In this document: positions 35,754 to 49,300 of the stretch, one piece after another
Layout of the letters: every line of letters starts with the position of its first letter
How positions within the stretch are numbered: position 1 is the stretch's first letter
Source: Azolla caroliniana
Lineage: Eukaryota; Plantae; Polypodiophyta
Assembly: GCA_043228905.1 (NCBI GenBank)
Contig: JBHGNT010000018.1
Span: forward strand, 8,742,001-8,806,000
Reading direction: 5' to 3'
Length of the DNA: 64,000 nucleotides
Notes under the pieces: model-generated
Seen by the model: only the letters and a program-made list of their open reading frames with translations
The model's database searches: none
Told to the model about the DNA's origin: nothing
Made by a program: the position numbers and the translations under genes

Positions 35754-38700
35754 ATCACCTAGTTTTTTGCCATTAGCCAAGAACCCCAGGAGACATTCGC
35801 CCAGTTCACGATCTGGTTTCAGGATCTTTACCACCAACTCGCTCAGGATGTCTCCGCACACCACATTTCGGATACCTTCCTTGCCGGCCTACGGGAGCCT
35901 CTGTGGACAACCCTCACACTAATCGACTTCTCCCAACAGACAGTCGAGTAGGTAATCGCACATGTCCTCGCAATTGATCGGACACAACACAACACAACTT
36001 TTTCCATGGGCTCACTGCAAAGCACTCTCCCTCCACAGGAGGACCACCGCTTCCGACAGGCTCTCCAATGCATGGCTGCTCGGGCTTTGTCCATTTAGCC
36101 ATTGAGTGCCCTCACTGCCCTCCCTGCCAGTCATGGTTATATACGGTTGAACAATGTGAATAAAATTTTGTCAACTGAACGACAACCGCCCCAGTTGGCC
36201 AGATCGAGCCTCGAAATAGATACTCATGCTAGGACGAGCGTTAATCCTACCGTAATAGGGATAACGAGCATCCACGGTCATCGGATCATCAACGATGAGA
36301 CGACGATTACTGCCGCGATGACGACTGATACCGAGCCAACAACCGAAGGTGATCGGACAATGGCCGTGATCGATATCGTGATGACCACTATCGAGCCAAT
36401 GATGATTACGACCGGTACGAAGACGACCGGGATGACCGGTACGAACCGCGTTATTCACGAAATGATTGACGTAACTCTCATCAAGGTTCGTGAAATAATC
36501 GATGGCACAGCGACTATCGTCGCCGAGAACCTCCTCACTTCGAACTGCGTAGGTTCCTTCCCCACAATGAACCGAGGAACAATGCACCCCACGAACGGCT
36601 TTACACCTCGCCTACACGAGAGCCCACGAACTTGTCACACCCTCCCCTACAGAACGATCGAGGAGAGATAAGCAACTTGACGTCGGTCACTTGTTTCAAA
36701 TGTAACCAACTAGGCCATTACACTACCCAATGCCCAACCAATGATCGAGGTAAGACATTGGCCGTGAATAGTATCATGGCTGACGTTCAACAGGTCACCA
36801 CGCGTAGTAAAACATAGTCAACCTAATGGCAAATACAAGACGAAGTCAGACAAGCTGCCAAGGAATAGATTGACAATGGCAACAAAACCAATGTCGATCG
36901 GATGCATACCGAGATGCAGGACATCATCATCAAGGCACCACAGTCCACACAACCATCCAACTCGACCGAAGACGACCAATTGTGGGACGGTCTCACCAGC
37001 TCACGGATATCGTTGCCATTACATAAGCTCCTGCCAGTCATGCCACGATTTAGAGATACATTGCCTACGTTAACCTCCAATACCAAATCCACATCACTCC
37101 TCGTTCACTTGACCGAGCCAGGGTCGGGACCACCTCTCATGGATTCCCTGAACCCCGCCATGAAAATAATCATCAAGGGATGCGACCTTCATGGTTGCAT
37201 CATCGACGGAGGCTCCGGTTTTAATGTAATCAGTGAGGCCACATGCCAAAATCTCGGTCTTACCCAGTGGGAACCATACCCCTTCTGGCTCCGGATGGCC
37301 GATACTCGATCGGTCCACCCAATAGGGTTAATCCGCCATCTCGACTTCATGCTAGGAGGCCATATGTTCACTATATCTGTAGTAGTCTTATGCCTTGAAG
37401 CCCCGAGAGCATACCCAATTCTTCTTGGTCGTCCTTGGTTGCGAACAACCAACATTAAGCAACATTGGCAGCGCAACATGATCTCGTTTCATCGAGGAAA
37501 GACTAAGGTACAACTAATAACAGAGGAACGTCTCCCAACTTCCCAAAACACCACTCCCTTATACGCGGAAGGTGTGCACATGCTCGACGAACTAGCCGAA
37601 GAGGAAGTGGATCACTTCCTGAAAGAATATCCCACGATCATACCACTCTTCAAAATAGACGTCATCTCGTCCATCGTCTCACCCGTGGCCGAGGTTGTCA
37701 CGGAGGAATCACTCCCTCAAGCCGAGCCAGATCCAACAACAATCGCGGAGTTACGCCACGCTTGTGATGCGTTTGAACGGGAACTCGCTATCTCCCAACG
37801 AGTCAAGGCATCCACACTCGAGTCATTCAACCTCGGTTCTGAAGAAAACCTGCGAACGCTAAAAATCGCCAACAACTTACCACCCGACGAATGGTCCGTG
37901 CTCATATGGTTGCTTACAGAATACCAGGATGTATTCGCCTGGTCCTACACCGACATGAAGGGATTGGATCCCCAATATTACGAACACCAAATACACCTCC
38001 AACACGACACTCGGCCAGTGCAGCAACGACGCTATCGCATGAATCCAAACTACGCGGCCAAAGTCAAAGAAGAGATCGATAACCTTCTCTGCGTAGGTTT
38101 CATTCGACCAGTGAAAAGAGCCACATGGTAAAGCCTCATCGTCGTTGTCCCCAAGAGAAACGGGCAAATCCGCGTTTGTGTTGATTACCGCAAACTCAAT
38201 GCTGCGACGGTCATAGACACTTTCCCACTCCCATTCACGGATAGTGTACTCGACACGGTGGCTGGCCACACATGCTACAGTTTTTTAGATGGATTAAGTG
38301 GCTATAATCAAATCCTTATGTACCCAGATGATCAGGTAAAAATGACATTTGTCACGGAATGGGGCATCTTCATGGCCGAAGTAATGATGTTCGGCTTAAA
38401 AACGGTACCGACTACATTTCAATGAATTACCACCGAGATCTTCGACGAATATATTCCAGCATTCATGCAAGTCTTCCTCAACGACTTCACCGTATATGGC
38501 CAACAACTAGAACACTTGGGCCAGTTACGCTTCTGTCTTGACCGATGTCGCCAAGTTCGGTTGCGTAAACCCAGCAAAATGTTCATTTTTTGTGGCAAGC
38601 GGCAACCTCCTCGGTCACATTGTTAGTTAGGAAGGAATCGCCATGGATCCCGACAAGGTACAAGCCATCATGAATGCTCCCACACCCTCTACCGCGAAGG

Positions 38701-41700
38701 CCCTCAGCCGAGTTTTGGGCCAAATTAGATGGCATAGCCGGATGTTACGACATCTAGTCAATTTCGCGACTCCCTTGCACGCAACAGTACATAGGCTTCC
38801 ATTCCAATGGTCCTCAATAGAAGGAGAAGCTTACCAATCCTTGAAGCTAATGTTATCACATGCCTCGGTCATACAACCACCGGACTGGTCGCAACCTTTC
38901 CACGTTTTTGTGGACGCATCGGATATAGCCATCGGAAGCGCGTTCATGCAATGCACACCGCCAAATTGGTATCGGTTGATGTATTATGCTAGCCGCTATC
39001 TCTCGACCGCGGAAAAGAACTTCTCCACAACGGAACATGAAGCCCTAGGCATGGTTTACATCATCACGAAGTTTCAACATTACCTCCTCGGTTGACGATT
39101 CATATTTCATGTTGACCACTCGACCCTTCTATATTTGGTCAACAAACAAGGCCTCACGGGTCGATTGGCCCGATGGATGTTGCTTCTACAAGAATTTGAC
39201 TTTCAAATTCACCACCGGCCAGGGGTGGGTTTAGGACTACCTTAGTCGCCTCGAGTCGAGGGAACCAACCGATTTGATGTATGATGATCTACAAGACACC
39301 CACGTCTTCAGTCTGACAACAACAACTACACCGGACGAGAACGAAGACGAATGGATCAAAGACATGACTCACTTCCTCAACACCAACCTTCCTCCTAACC
39401 ACTTACCCCTAGATGCTCGGAAATGGCTAGCACTCAGGAGCCGGAATTTCTGTCTCATCACAAACACCCTCTATCACAAAGGCTCGGATTGTATTTGGCG
39501 CCGCGCGGTACGACAATTCGAGAAGCACACAATTCTCTAGGCAACACATTACGGAATACCAGGAGGTCTCTATGTTAGAGATTCCATGGCACAAAAAGTA
39601 TGGCAAAGAGGGTTATGGTGGCCTACCATGAAAATGTTAGGAAACAGGTCCCTCCGGATGGGAAGTGAGAAGAGCTGTGTTGATGAGCAACTCGGCCGAG
39701 GCCGAAACCGGAAATCGTGGAGATAGCCAACACGGAAGGCTAAGTTTGTAAATAGTCTGAATATGCCCCCGTGGGCTAAACTTGTAAATAGTCGAAAGGT
39801 TACATTAGTATATAAGTACTTAGGGCAATCATGTTAGACAAGTGTGTTATTGTAAAGTTACTGTTGACGAGGTTGTTGCCTCTGTAACTGTGAGTGTGAA
39901 CGAGTGTGAGTGGAAGCGTGTGAGCTCCATAGCCACCTGTTGGTGAAGCAGGATCTTGAGGTCGTTGCCTCTGAGATCTCTGATTGTATTCCTTTCTCTC
40001 ATAGTGTTCTGTTTCAGAGTTTGTGGACTCCGCGTGGTTTTTTTTCCCAGTTCGGGTTTCCACGTTAAAATCTGTGTCATTCTCAGTTTTTGTATTTTGT
40101 TTTTCCCTTCCATTAGATTGACTATTATTCCGCACACGTACAACCAGTCGTGGCCGGCAACAATTTTACCTTCAGAAAAAGGATGCTCAGAAATTCTATC
40201 GGTAGTGTGATTTGTGTCAGCGTATGGGGCAGCCGACCGAGCAAGCACGAATGCCGCATCAACCCATCCTCCCGTTAGAGCCCTTTCAAAAATGGGGGTT
40301 CGATTTTGTCGGACCATTCAAACCAGCCGCGGCTCGGATTGGGAACAAGTATATCATCGTAGCAACCGACTATTGTACAAAATGGGTGGAGGCTAAGGCA
40401 TTACATGACAACACAACCGCATCCACGGCAAAATTCGTTTACAAACATCTATGGTGTCGTTTTGGATGCCCAATCAAGCTCATCAACAACCAAGGTGGGA
40501 ATTTTCTAAATCACATTATCCGCGAGCTCACAACGCACTATGTAGTAGTACATAAGAAAAGCCCGCTAGACTACCCTCAGGTGAACGGATTGGCGGAATC
40601 CACGAATAAAAAATATTGCAAACCATCCTCAAAAAGATTGTTTACGAGAACCGCACTTATTGGGATGACAAACTGCACAATGCACTATGGGCATATTGGA
40701 CCACATTCAAAACCAACATTCAATCCACCCCCTTTCGAATGACATTTGGGTTGGAAGCAGTAATGCCAATCAAGTTCCAGATTCTGAGACTTCGAGTCCA
40801 ACTCAAGGAAAGGATGCCAGAATCTCAATCTAAGCAATATCGACTTGAGCAACTTCTTGAACTCGGACAAAACCGAGTGGCCAATATGGCCCAACTTGAA
40901 CAACGACAACGACAATGCAAAGCCTTCGTGGATCAGCACTGCAAAGCCATAGAAAAATCATTTACCCTCGGAAAACTGATGTTAGTCTTTCAAACACCGT
41001 TCGGCGCAATGTTAGGGAAACTACGTTTCCAATGGACATGCCCTTTCTGGATCATCGACGAGTTTAATGGCACGTTTCAGCTCGGCACACTCGCCGGTGA
41101 CATTGTCCAAAGATGGGCAAATGGGTTCCGACTTAAACCATACAACGGGACTATCCCACCCAATCCCTTTGCGAAGTCAAGCCATGACACTGACCAACCT
41201 ACGACAGACGCCATGGCGGATGCCACGTGTCAAAATCAGTAAACCCATTACCTACCGCCCAAAATTGTATGCTAAGTAATTTTAGGTGTCATTTTAGCAT
41301 ACAAATCTGCACTCACATTAAAACAAAAATAAACAAATAAAAAATCAGTAGGAGCACTAGAAGTCACCTTCACTTTAACTTAGTATTTAAAGAACATGCA
41401 CACCACACGAGGGCAATAGCACTAACAGTCCTGGGACGCGTGGCCATAATACCTTATTATGGCAGGAAAGATCAAGAATCTAGAGAACCTTAGCCCAACG
41501 CAAAACCCTAGGCACCCACATAATAGAGGTTACCTCACAAACGACGCATACACCTACACAGAAGCTCTTTCGCGTTCGCATCCATCTGGCAAACAAGCTC
41601 TTTCATGCCATCACAGTTCCTGCAAACAGACTCTCTCTCATCTTCACAACCACTATATAGAGACGCTGTCTCGGTCTATCCTCTCATCTCGCTCTCTGAA

Positions 41701-42945
41701 TACCTGCATAGAACCGCATTCCCACTTTCGAACAACCTCTTCCATCTCTCTGTCTAGTCCTTGTCTCATCCACTTCCCTTCTCAATCATCCCACGATTCA
41801 ACCATGCCTCTCGAAGTTTCCCAGGAAATCCACACATGGTTGCAGAGATGTGGTTTGGGTGGCTACCTTCGTGTCATCAATGCCCCTACTCACCCCGAAG
41901 CTCAGGAGATTGCGCGACAGTTAGACCTTCCTGACTAACAACATCATTCGCTCCACGTTAGACCTCCAATGCGATGGAGAAAAAGATTTCAAGGTCCCAC
42001 CTCACACGATCCTTAAAGACTACTTCGGCGTATACTCGGTTTCTAGGAAGGCGTATCACACGTACAGAGGTTTAAACAAGTTCTTTGGTGAAATCACTCG
42101 GATATTGATGGAATATGCCTTTGCGCATACAAACCCCACCAACATGCCATAGAAGAAGGTCGTTGTCATCATCAAGGCGTACCAAAGCGGAACCATGGAC
42201 TGGGGAATCCTCACCGGCTTTGGGGTCCTTTCAATCTGGTAAGCGTTTTGTACCTGTGCTGGCACAATACCTCACGGTGCTATACCCACCCCCCGCAACT
42301 TCCCTTCGGCGTGCCACCAGAACTTTGACACCACCACCAAAAACGCAAAGACAAAGGACCTTGACCTTGAACTGCGTCGAATGGGATGATGCTCCTGAGA
42401 CAACCACCGAGGATGTCACCATATGGCGGAAGCCACCAAGGGTATCGAAGGTCTCACCACGGCAGAGCCCTCGCTCAACCAACCAATAGCCCTCAGGAGT
42501 ACAACCACCATGGACAAACCAGGCCGATGTCGTGACGCAAAACGCACCAGGGTCGCAGGACCCCCCCAAGGAGAAAAGATGCCTAAATCACGAGACGATA
42601 GAAACCCCCGAGGGTAACCAACAGATTCAATCAAAGGAAGCACGTCCAACTCCCGTACTCTCCACGGCCACCACCCAAGTAGGGACCTCGTCCCTCACTG
42701 GAAAAATTGAGCATGGGCAAACAACCCAAATATCAGAGGATGAAGTACTGGGTTACAAGGACCTCCCCATGGAGGCGTACGAGTTCAATGCGTTACTCCG
42801 GCTCGGCACCACATACGAATTGATGGATTTCCTCGCACGTACCCAAGTAGCTGCATCAGCACGTATAGCCGAGGAGCATGTGGAGACTAAGATGATTCAA
42901 CGTGCCCTCATGGGAGACCTTGAACCTCACGAGGATCGAGCTTTG
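35754..42945 (+). mobile_element. Decayed Ty3/gypsy internal region (non-chromovirus, Tat/Athila-like), no LTRs visible
   Basis: CFKCNQLGHYTTQC, IIDGGSGFNVI protease, RT, FVDASD RNase H, KWGFDFVGP integrase; many stops and frameshifts. Confidence 0.88.
39635..40174 (+). mobile_element. Solo LTR (copia family-A-related) with TSD GAAAA
   Basis: GAAAA|TGTTAGGAAACAGGTCCCTCCGGATGGGAAG...TTCA|GAAAA, splitting the host integrase zinc-finger region (WWPTM|KKDA). Confidence 0.9.
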
Positions 42946-43153
42946 CAAAAGATCTTGAACAATTCTTGCTTGGCATACGTGAAATACGAGGTAGATACCC
43001 AATTTCTCGATTTTGTGTCATTGCAAATGTACTAATTAGAATTTAAGCTCATGAAATTAACTCTAGAATTTAAATGAAAAGACTATGATAAAGTACCAAT
43101 TATATTCAAATTTTACTCATATTTGGATGGAATGTAAGAACTTTATAGATGAT

Positions 43154-43226
43154 GGGGACGTAGCTCACATGGTACAACGTTCAGTTTGCATGCGAGAGGT
43201 ATGGGGATCGATACCCCACATATCCA
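43154..43226 (+). pseudogene. tRNA-Ala(UGC)-like copy
   Basis: 73 nt, degenerate. Confidence 0.75.
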
Positions 43227-43584
43227 ATTAGTATCATTACAAATTACTAAATTGAGACATCATCGCTAAATCTCTTAGTTACATGAATGTTATTCTGGTT
43301 TGTATGAGGTCGATTTCAGAAGGGTCACTTTTAAAATGGGATCGATGCCCATTTCATATAATAACAATGTTGCACAAATAAGAATATTGGTCCATTCTCA
43401 AAGCTAAAATGCATGCTTGGCGTACCGGAAGTACGGAATTGATGGCATTATCGCAACCGTATTAATTTAAACCTAACCTCAGGGGATTACCTGTAAGATT
43501 TGGAGAAAAGGATTAGTATAGCTTATTAGGCATTATTTGTTACATGACCATCAACTTTTTTTAAAACTTGAAGGCAAAATATTT

Positions 43585-43657
43585 GGGGATGTAGCTCAAA
43601 TGGTAGAGCTCTCGCTTAGCATTGGAGAGGTATGGGGATCTATACCCCGTATCTCCA
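43585..43657 (+). pseudogene. tRNA-Ala(AGC) copy
   Basis: 73 nt; anticodon stem 3' side and T-loop mutated. Confidence 0.78.
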
Positions 43658-44204
43658 TTTTCATATCATCACAAATTTCAGCATTGAGAGCCGATGTCAA
43701 ACTATCTCAGTTCCATTAGTATAAATCCAATCGAGCTGTAGTACAAATGAGTGGAGGAAAAGTATAAATTCTGGATGTCACACTTAGCAAGCCAAAACTA
43801 TATGTTATGACGCACACCACGCAATCATTTTGTATCATTTCAAATGTATCAATCAAATCATTAACTAGAGGGAATACCTTCATAATGTAAATATCAAATT
43901 CATTTCACAAAGAAGAATCCTCATAGTCTAATGATCAACGATTGAAATATTTGTGAGAATTGTTGAAAATCCTTTCATGAAATCAAATGGCCATTTGAAA
44001 GATATTAAGCAATGCGTGCTTGGCGTGCGTGAAATATGAGCCTGATATCCAATTTCTAAATTTTGTGTCATTACAAATTTACTAGTTAGAATTTGAGCTA
44101 AGTAAATTAACTCTAGACTTTAAAAGGAAAGAATATTATAACGTGCCAATTAAATTCAAATTTTACTTGTATTTGGATTAGATGCGAAGAATTCTTAATA
44201 TAAT

Positions 44205-44277
44205 GGGAATGTAGCTCACACGGTAAAGTGTTCGCTTTGCATGTGTGAGGCATGGGGATTGATACCCCGCTTCTCCA
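44205..44277 (+). pseudogene. tRNA-Ala(UGC)-like copy
   Basis: 73 nt, degenerate. Confidence 0.75.
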
Positions 44278-45766
44278 TGATTTTGTATCATTACGAATTA
44301 CTAAATTGAAGGTTCATCTCTAAGTCTCTTAGTTGCAAGAATGTCATTCTGGTTCACATGAGGACGATCTTGGAAGGGTCAAAATTAAAATGTGATTGAT
44401 GCCCATGTCATCATTCCTAATTGTACAAACATATCAAGAAAAACTAGAACTAAACAATTAATTTCTAAACTTCACATGGAAATTTGATTGACAAATATCA
44501 TAACAATGTTGTAGAAAATAGAATATTGGTCAATTCTCAAAGCTAAAATGCATGCTTGGCGTACCGGAAGTACTGAATTAATGGCATACTCGCAACCGTA
44601 TTAATTTAATAGTGACCTCACAGGATTATTTTTCAAAATATCTCAATTCCATTAGTCTAAATCCAATCGACTTTTTCTCCAAATCACCAGAGAGAAAGCA
44701 TAAATTGTGGATGCCACACTTAGCAAGCCAAAGGTATATGTTATGAGCCATAGGGTGAAACCGCTAGGGATTGAAATAGACATAAGAGATCAAAACTAGC
44801 CTACCTAGCTTCTTACTTCTTGCTCAATGTATAGTCCATACAATGGTACCCATTTGGGTTGGCTTAGCTACATGCATGCTAAAATGGGTGTGCTAAAAGT
44901 GTGGGTTGGCTTAGATACATGCCTACTAATAAGGGGTGGTACAAAGGAACATATGCACACCACAATATATTTGTTTTATCCTTAGGAATTTAATATATAT
45001 TTTATTAAAATAAAAGCACCATAAATATTGTTTTATTTTATTTTCGTATACCCCTCTTGATCAAGATGGTCATGCCCTAGAGGCGGCCTTATGTGTGGAG
45101 ATCGCATCACTAGAGGTCGACCACCTAATTTTCTATAGGTGATGCTTGATCATCTAATTTTCAAATTGACATGGATTAATTGATGATCATGATATAATAG
45201 GAGAATGACCATTGACAATCAATGTTAATAAAGTTGGCCAATAGAATTAGGGCGATGATCATTGAATGTCAATAATCAATTGATCATTGACCCTATGATT
45301 ATATCAAAGGGCCACAATCATCCATCACCATGGGTGTGTTTTAATTATATGGATGATTATATAGTTGATTATAAGGATGATGATAGGATTAAATGGATAA
45401 GATCATCATCAATTATTAATCGATGCAAATGAGAGAGATAAGGGAAAAAATTAGTTTTATGAGAGGGGAGCATGAGTGTAAGATGGATGGGAAGAATATG
45501 GGGATGATGATTGAAGGGATGTTTTGATCATCACCCCTATTTGTTAGAAGTGATTCTCATGAAAATCACAAACTATCCCCATTGACTTCCAAAAAGGGGA
45601 TGTTTATTACTAAAACATAAACTAGGAATTCTCATGAACTAAATAGGGCAAATTTCCTAGTTTGGAAGAATTTAAGGGATTATCTTTAGAGAGGTGGTGA
45701 CCGACTACTCATCACCAACTTCCTAAAAAAGGAGGTCTTATTACCTAATGTCTAATCTAGGAATCC

Positions 45767-46304
45767 AAATAGATAAAAAAGGGATTAATTCCTAAATTGG
45801 ATATATCATAGGGGGATCTTTTATCCTCACGAACTTGAATGGAAAAAGGTATATAAGTGTTCTCTCTCATGATAATATATCACACTTCTCTCCCTCATCC
45901 AAATTCGAAAGTCTTAATTAGGGTTTTCCTTACGGCTTTGCAAGGAGTGCGGGTCGATATACCGCTCGAATACGGAGCATGTCCACTCTTGATAGCGATA
46001 GGCCCCCCCGAACCCATTACTATCGTAGCTGTAACCAGGGCTTCCCGGGAGGTCACCCATCCCAGTACTGTTCTGGCTCAAGCACGCTTAACTTGCAATG
46101 CTTGAAGCATCCAAACAACCACAAAACTCATGGCATGTGAGTTTTGTGGATAAAAAATAGATAAAAAAGGGATTAATTCCTAAATTGGATATATCATAGG
46201 GGGATCTTTTATCCTCACGAACTTGAATGGAAAAAGGTATATAAGTGTTCTCTCTCATGATAATATATCACACTTCTCTCCCTCATCCAAATTCGAAAGT
46301 CTTA
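45767..46304 (+). repeat. Apparently perfect 150-bp direct repeat (45767-45916 and 46155-46304)
   Basis: Base-by-base reading found no differences. Confidence 0.9.
46030..46093 (-). mobile_element. 5S rRNA-derived core (box A to box C), Cassandra-TRIM-LTR-like fragment; not a full 5S gene
   Basis: Reverse complement AGTTAAGCGTGCTTGAGCCAGAACAGTACTGGGATGGGTGACCTCCCGGGAAGCCCTGGTTACA matches the 3' half of plant 5S and ends in an LTR-like TTACA. Confidence 0.75.
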
Positions 46305-46311
46305 TATAACA

Positions 46312-49300
46312 CACTTTAGTACATTTCTTCCTTTACTCTCTTAGCTCTCTTCGCAATTTTGCACATCACACATCTCCCAACTATTGAAGTTTTTCGACAT
46401 ATCCCACATCTCCCACCCATCAAGGTCATCCAATTTCTTCTATGCGAGATGAGGACGACCAGCCAATATCTCCAGTCTGTGATGAGGATATTAACGACAA
46501 TATCGAATTTGTCATTAGGGATGATTTCCATAAAACCCAAGACGATATTGTAAAGTCAGTGACAATGGTCAGAACTGCATTCTCCTCCAAAGTTGAAGGG
46601 CTTCTTGATGCCAATAGGCACCAATTTGAAAACCGTCAACAACAGATTTTGGAGTTAAAGGCACATGCTTCCACATCAAGCATTACAATGAAGGCTTCAT
46701 TTAGGAAGAGGTAAGCAATGCAACCACTAGTTTGTGAGCAGTTGGATAAACCGATGGAATGGTCACTTTTGCCTCGAGAATATTCAGAATGAATTTGAAA
46801 ATATCGATATGGCGGTTCGTGAGATGATCGGTGCCGCAAACTCTTGGTGGGAGTAGTTGGATAGAAAACTGTGAACGTGGGAGGCATTTGAAAAGACTCT
46901 TAGGATGGAATTTGTCCATCCCAAGATAACTTCTCAAGTGATACAAGATATGCATCACTTATCTGATAAGGACAGGACTATTGACCAATTCAATCAGTAT
47001 TTCCGCGACTTGATAGCAAAGCATGAACCTTTATTGGCTTCTAATGAGGAAATATTGATAGGATTGTATATGAATAGTTTCCATAATAAAGATTTTCATT
47101 ATGAGATCCACACTCATCAACCCAAGACTTTGGGAGAAGCAATGGAACGGGCCCACATTTTATTTGATACAAAAGCTCGTTACCAACCAATAGAGTCGGA
47201 AGGAGAAAGCGGTAAACGTAGACACCAACCTTCTCCGATAGGTCAAGGCGACAATGTGACAATGCGTAATAATCTTCAACTTTGGTAAGAAGCCTGGGCC
47301 TAAAGCCAACGAGTGTAGGTAGAGAAAGGAGAGCAGTAACTCGAACAATCCGCAAAGAAAGCCATCAACTTCCAATAATCCAAGTATGTTCTTGAATTAT
47401 TTGAATTCCGTTAGTTCTAATGTATTACAAAAAAATATTCTTGGACCACACAATTTACTTAAAACTTATCGGACAATCCACAATCAAAGTGTAACTATAC
47501 TATTTGACTATGGTAGCACTCATAATTTTCTTGACTCTAATATGGTGCAGATGTTACGAATAAAAAGAACCCAAAGTGACCATGACTACAAAGTCCTTAC
47601 TGCAGGAGGCCACGTCCAAAGGCATTCAGTAATTGCACATGGTGTACCCCTAGTAATAAATAACTACACTGAAAGGTTGACTTTTCATGTAATGCATTTA
47701 TGAACGGTAGATGTAGTGCTTGGTTACATATGGTTTTATAATAGACATAGTCTTGATATGGATTGGTAGAATCATACTATTTCTTTTCAAGGGAATAACC
47801 ACCAACAAGTTTTTATTCATGGGATTGCGATAAACAATTTAATGTATGTTAATCATCTTTATGCTTATGATCGAAATGTGAACGCACAATTTTATGCGGG
47901 TATATTACAACCCAATGATCCTCTGTATCAATTTGTTGATAAGAGTTCATTGGATGATTTTGAGAAAGATGCTCTACGTGATATCTTGTCGCATTTTAAG
48001 GAGATATTCAGGCCGGATAAGTTACCTCAAGGATTACCTCTGTCTCGGTCTATAGATCATAAGATAAACTTGGTTCCAGGTGCCAAACCTGTGAGCATAC
48101 CCCCTTATCGGTTGAGTCGAACCGAAGAGAATGAAATTACGTGACAAATCAAGGAGTACTTGAGGATGGGACAAATTCGGTACAACAAATCGCCATGGGG
48201 AGCTCCTGTCATATTGGCCAAGAAGGAGGATGGAACTTGGTAAATGTGTGTAAATTACAAGGGTTTGAATAAACTCATCATTCACAATTCCTACCCTTTG
48301 CCTCGTTATGAAGACTTGATAGATAGACTCCCAAGTGCAAGATATTTTAGTAAGATAGATTTGCGCATTGGCTATAATCAAATCAAGGTGGGTTTCCGAA
48401 GAAGATGTTTCCAAAACAACTTTCCAAACTCATTATGGTCATTATGAGTCTCGGGTTCTACCATTTGGGTTGACTGATGTTCCAGCCACATTCCAACAAT
48501 TGATGAATGATATATTTAGAGATCAGTTACGCAATTTTGTGGGTCGTATTCCTTGAGGACATCATGCTATATAGTAACACATTTGAGGATTATATGCGTC
48601 ATGTCTGAATAGTTTTGGACAAGCTTGGTGAATACAAGCTATTTGCCAAACTATCTAAATGTGATTTCTTTCAAAAGGAAGTTACATATCTTGGACACCA
48701 CATATCTAGGTCGCGTGTGTCTATCGATAACTCTAAGATAGAAGTGGTATTAAATTGGCCACAACCTTCAAATGTCAAGGATGTACGATCTTTCTTAGGA
48801 TTTGTTGGATTCCTAAGAAGATCTCTTCAAAACTATTCATCCTACACTACACCATTTACGGACCTATTGAAGGGTATTACAAGAAAGTCCACTAAACCTA
48901 TTGAGTGGAATGCCTCTCTTGAAGAAACCTTCAATAAGTTGAAGTCATTAATTGTGAATGCGTCTACTTTAGCTATACCTGATCTCGATCAAACATTTGA
49001 AGTTGAGATGGATGCAAGTGATTATGCTATTGGGGCTTCATTATTTCAAATTGGGAGACAAATTGCTTTTGAAATCGAAAAATTGTTATTGTTTTGGAAG
49101 AGAGCTGAAACAGGTATTGACGTCGATTATAGAACCACATCTACCCCGAAGAACCTTTACTATGTTGTGAATGGGTTATTGTACTACACTAGTAAGGTTT
49201 GTATACCACACATAAAGGAAATCAAGAATAAAATTCTTTATGAATGTCATGATGCCCCTTTTGTTGGACATTCAGGTGTCCAAAGAACATTGGCTTTGAT

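Larger units (their letters stand above)
42946..44780 (+). repeat. tRNA-Ala higher-order tandem array, block 3
   Basis: Same unit sequence; copies at 43154, 43585 and 44205. Confidence 0.9.

Noticed and set aside
15911-44780. tRNA-derived SINE copies
   Set aside because: Head-to-tail tandem units with shared upstream flanks; no poly-A tails or individual TSDs.
46030-46150. Functional 5S rRNA gene
   Set aside because: The 5' ~50 nt and the true 3' end/terminator of 5S are missing.
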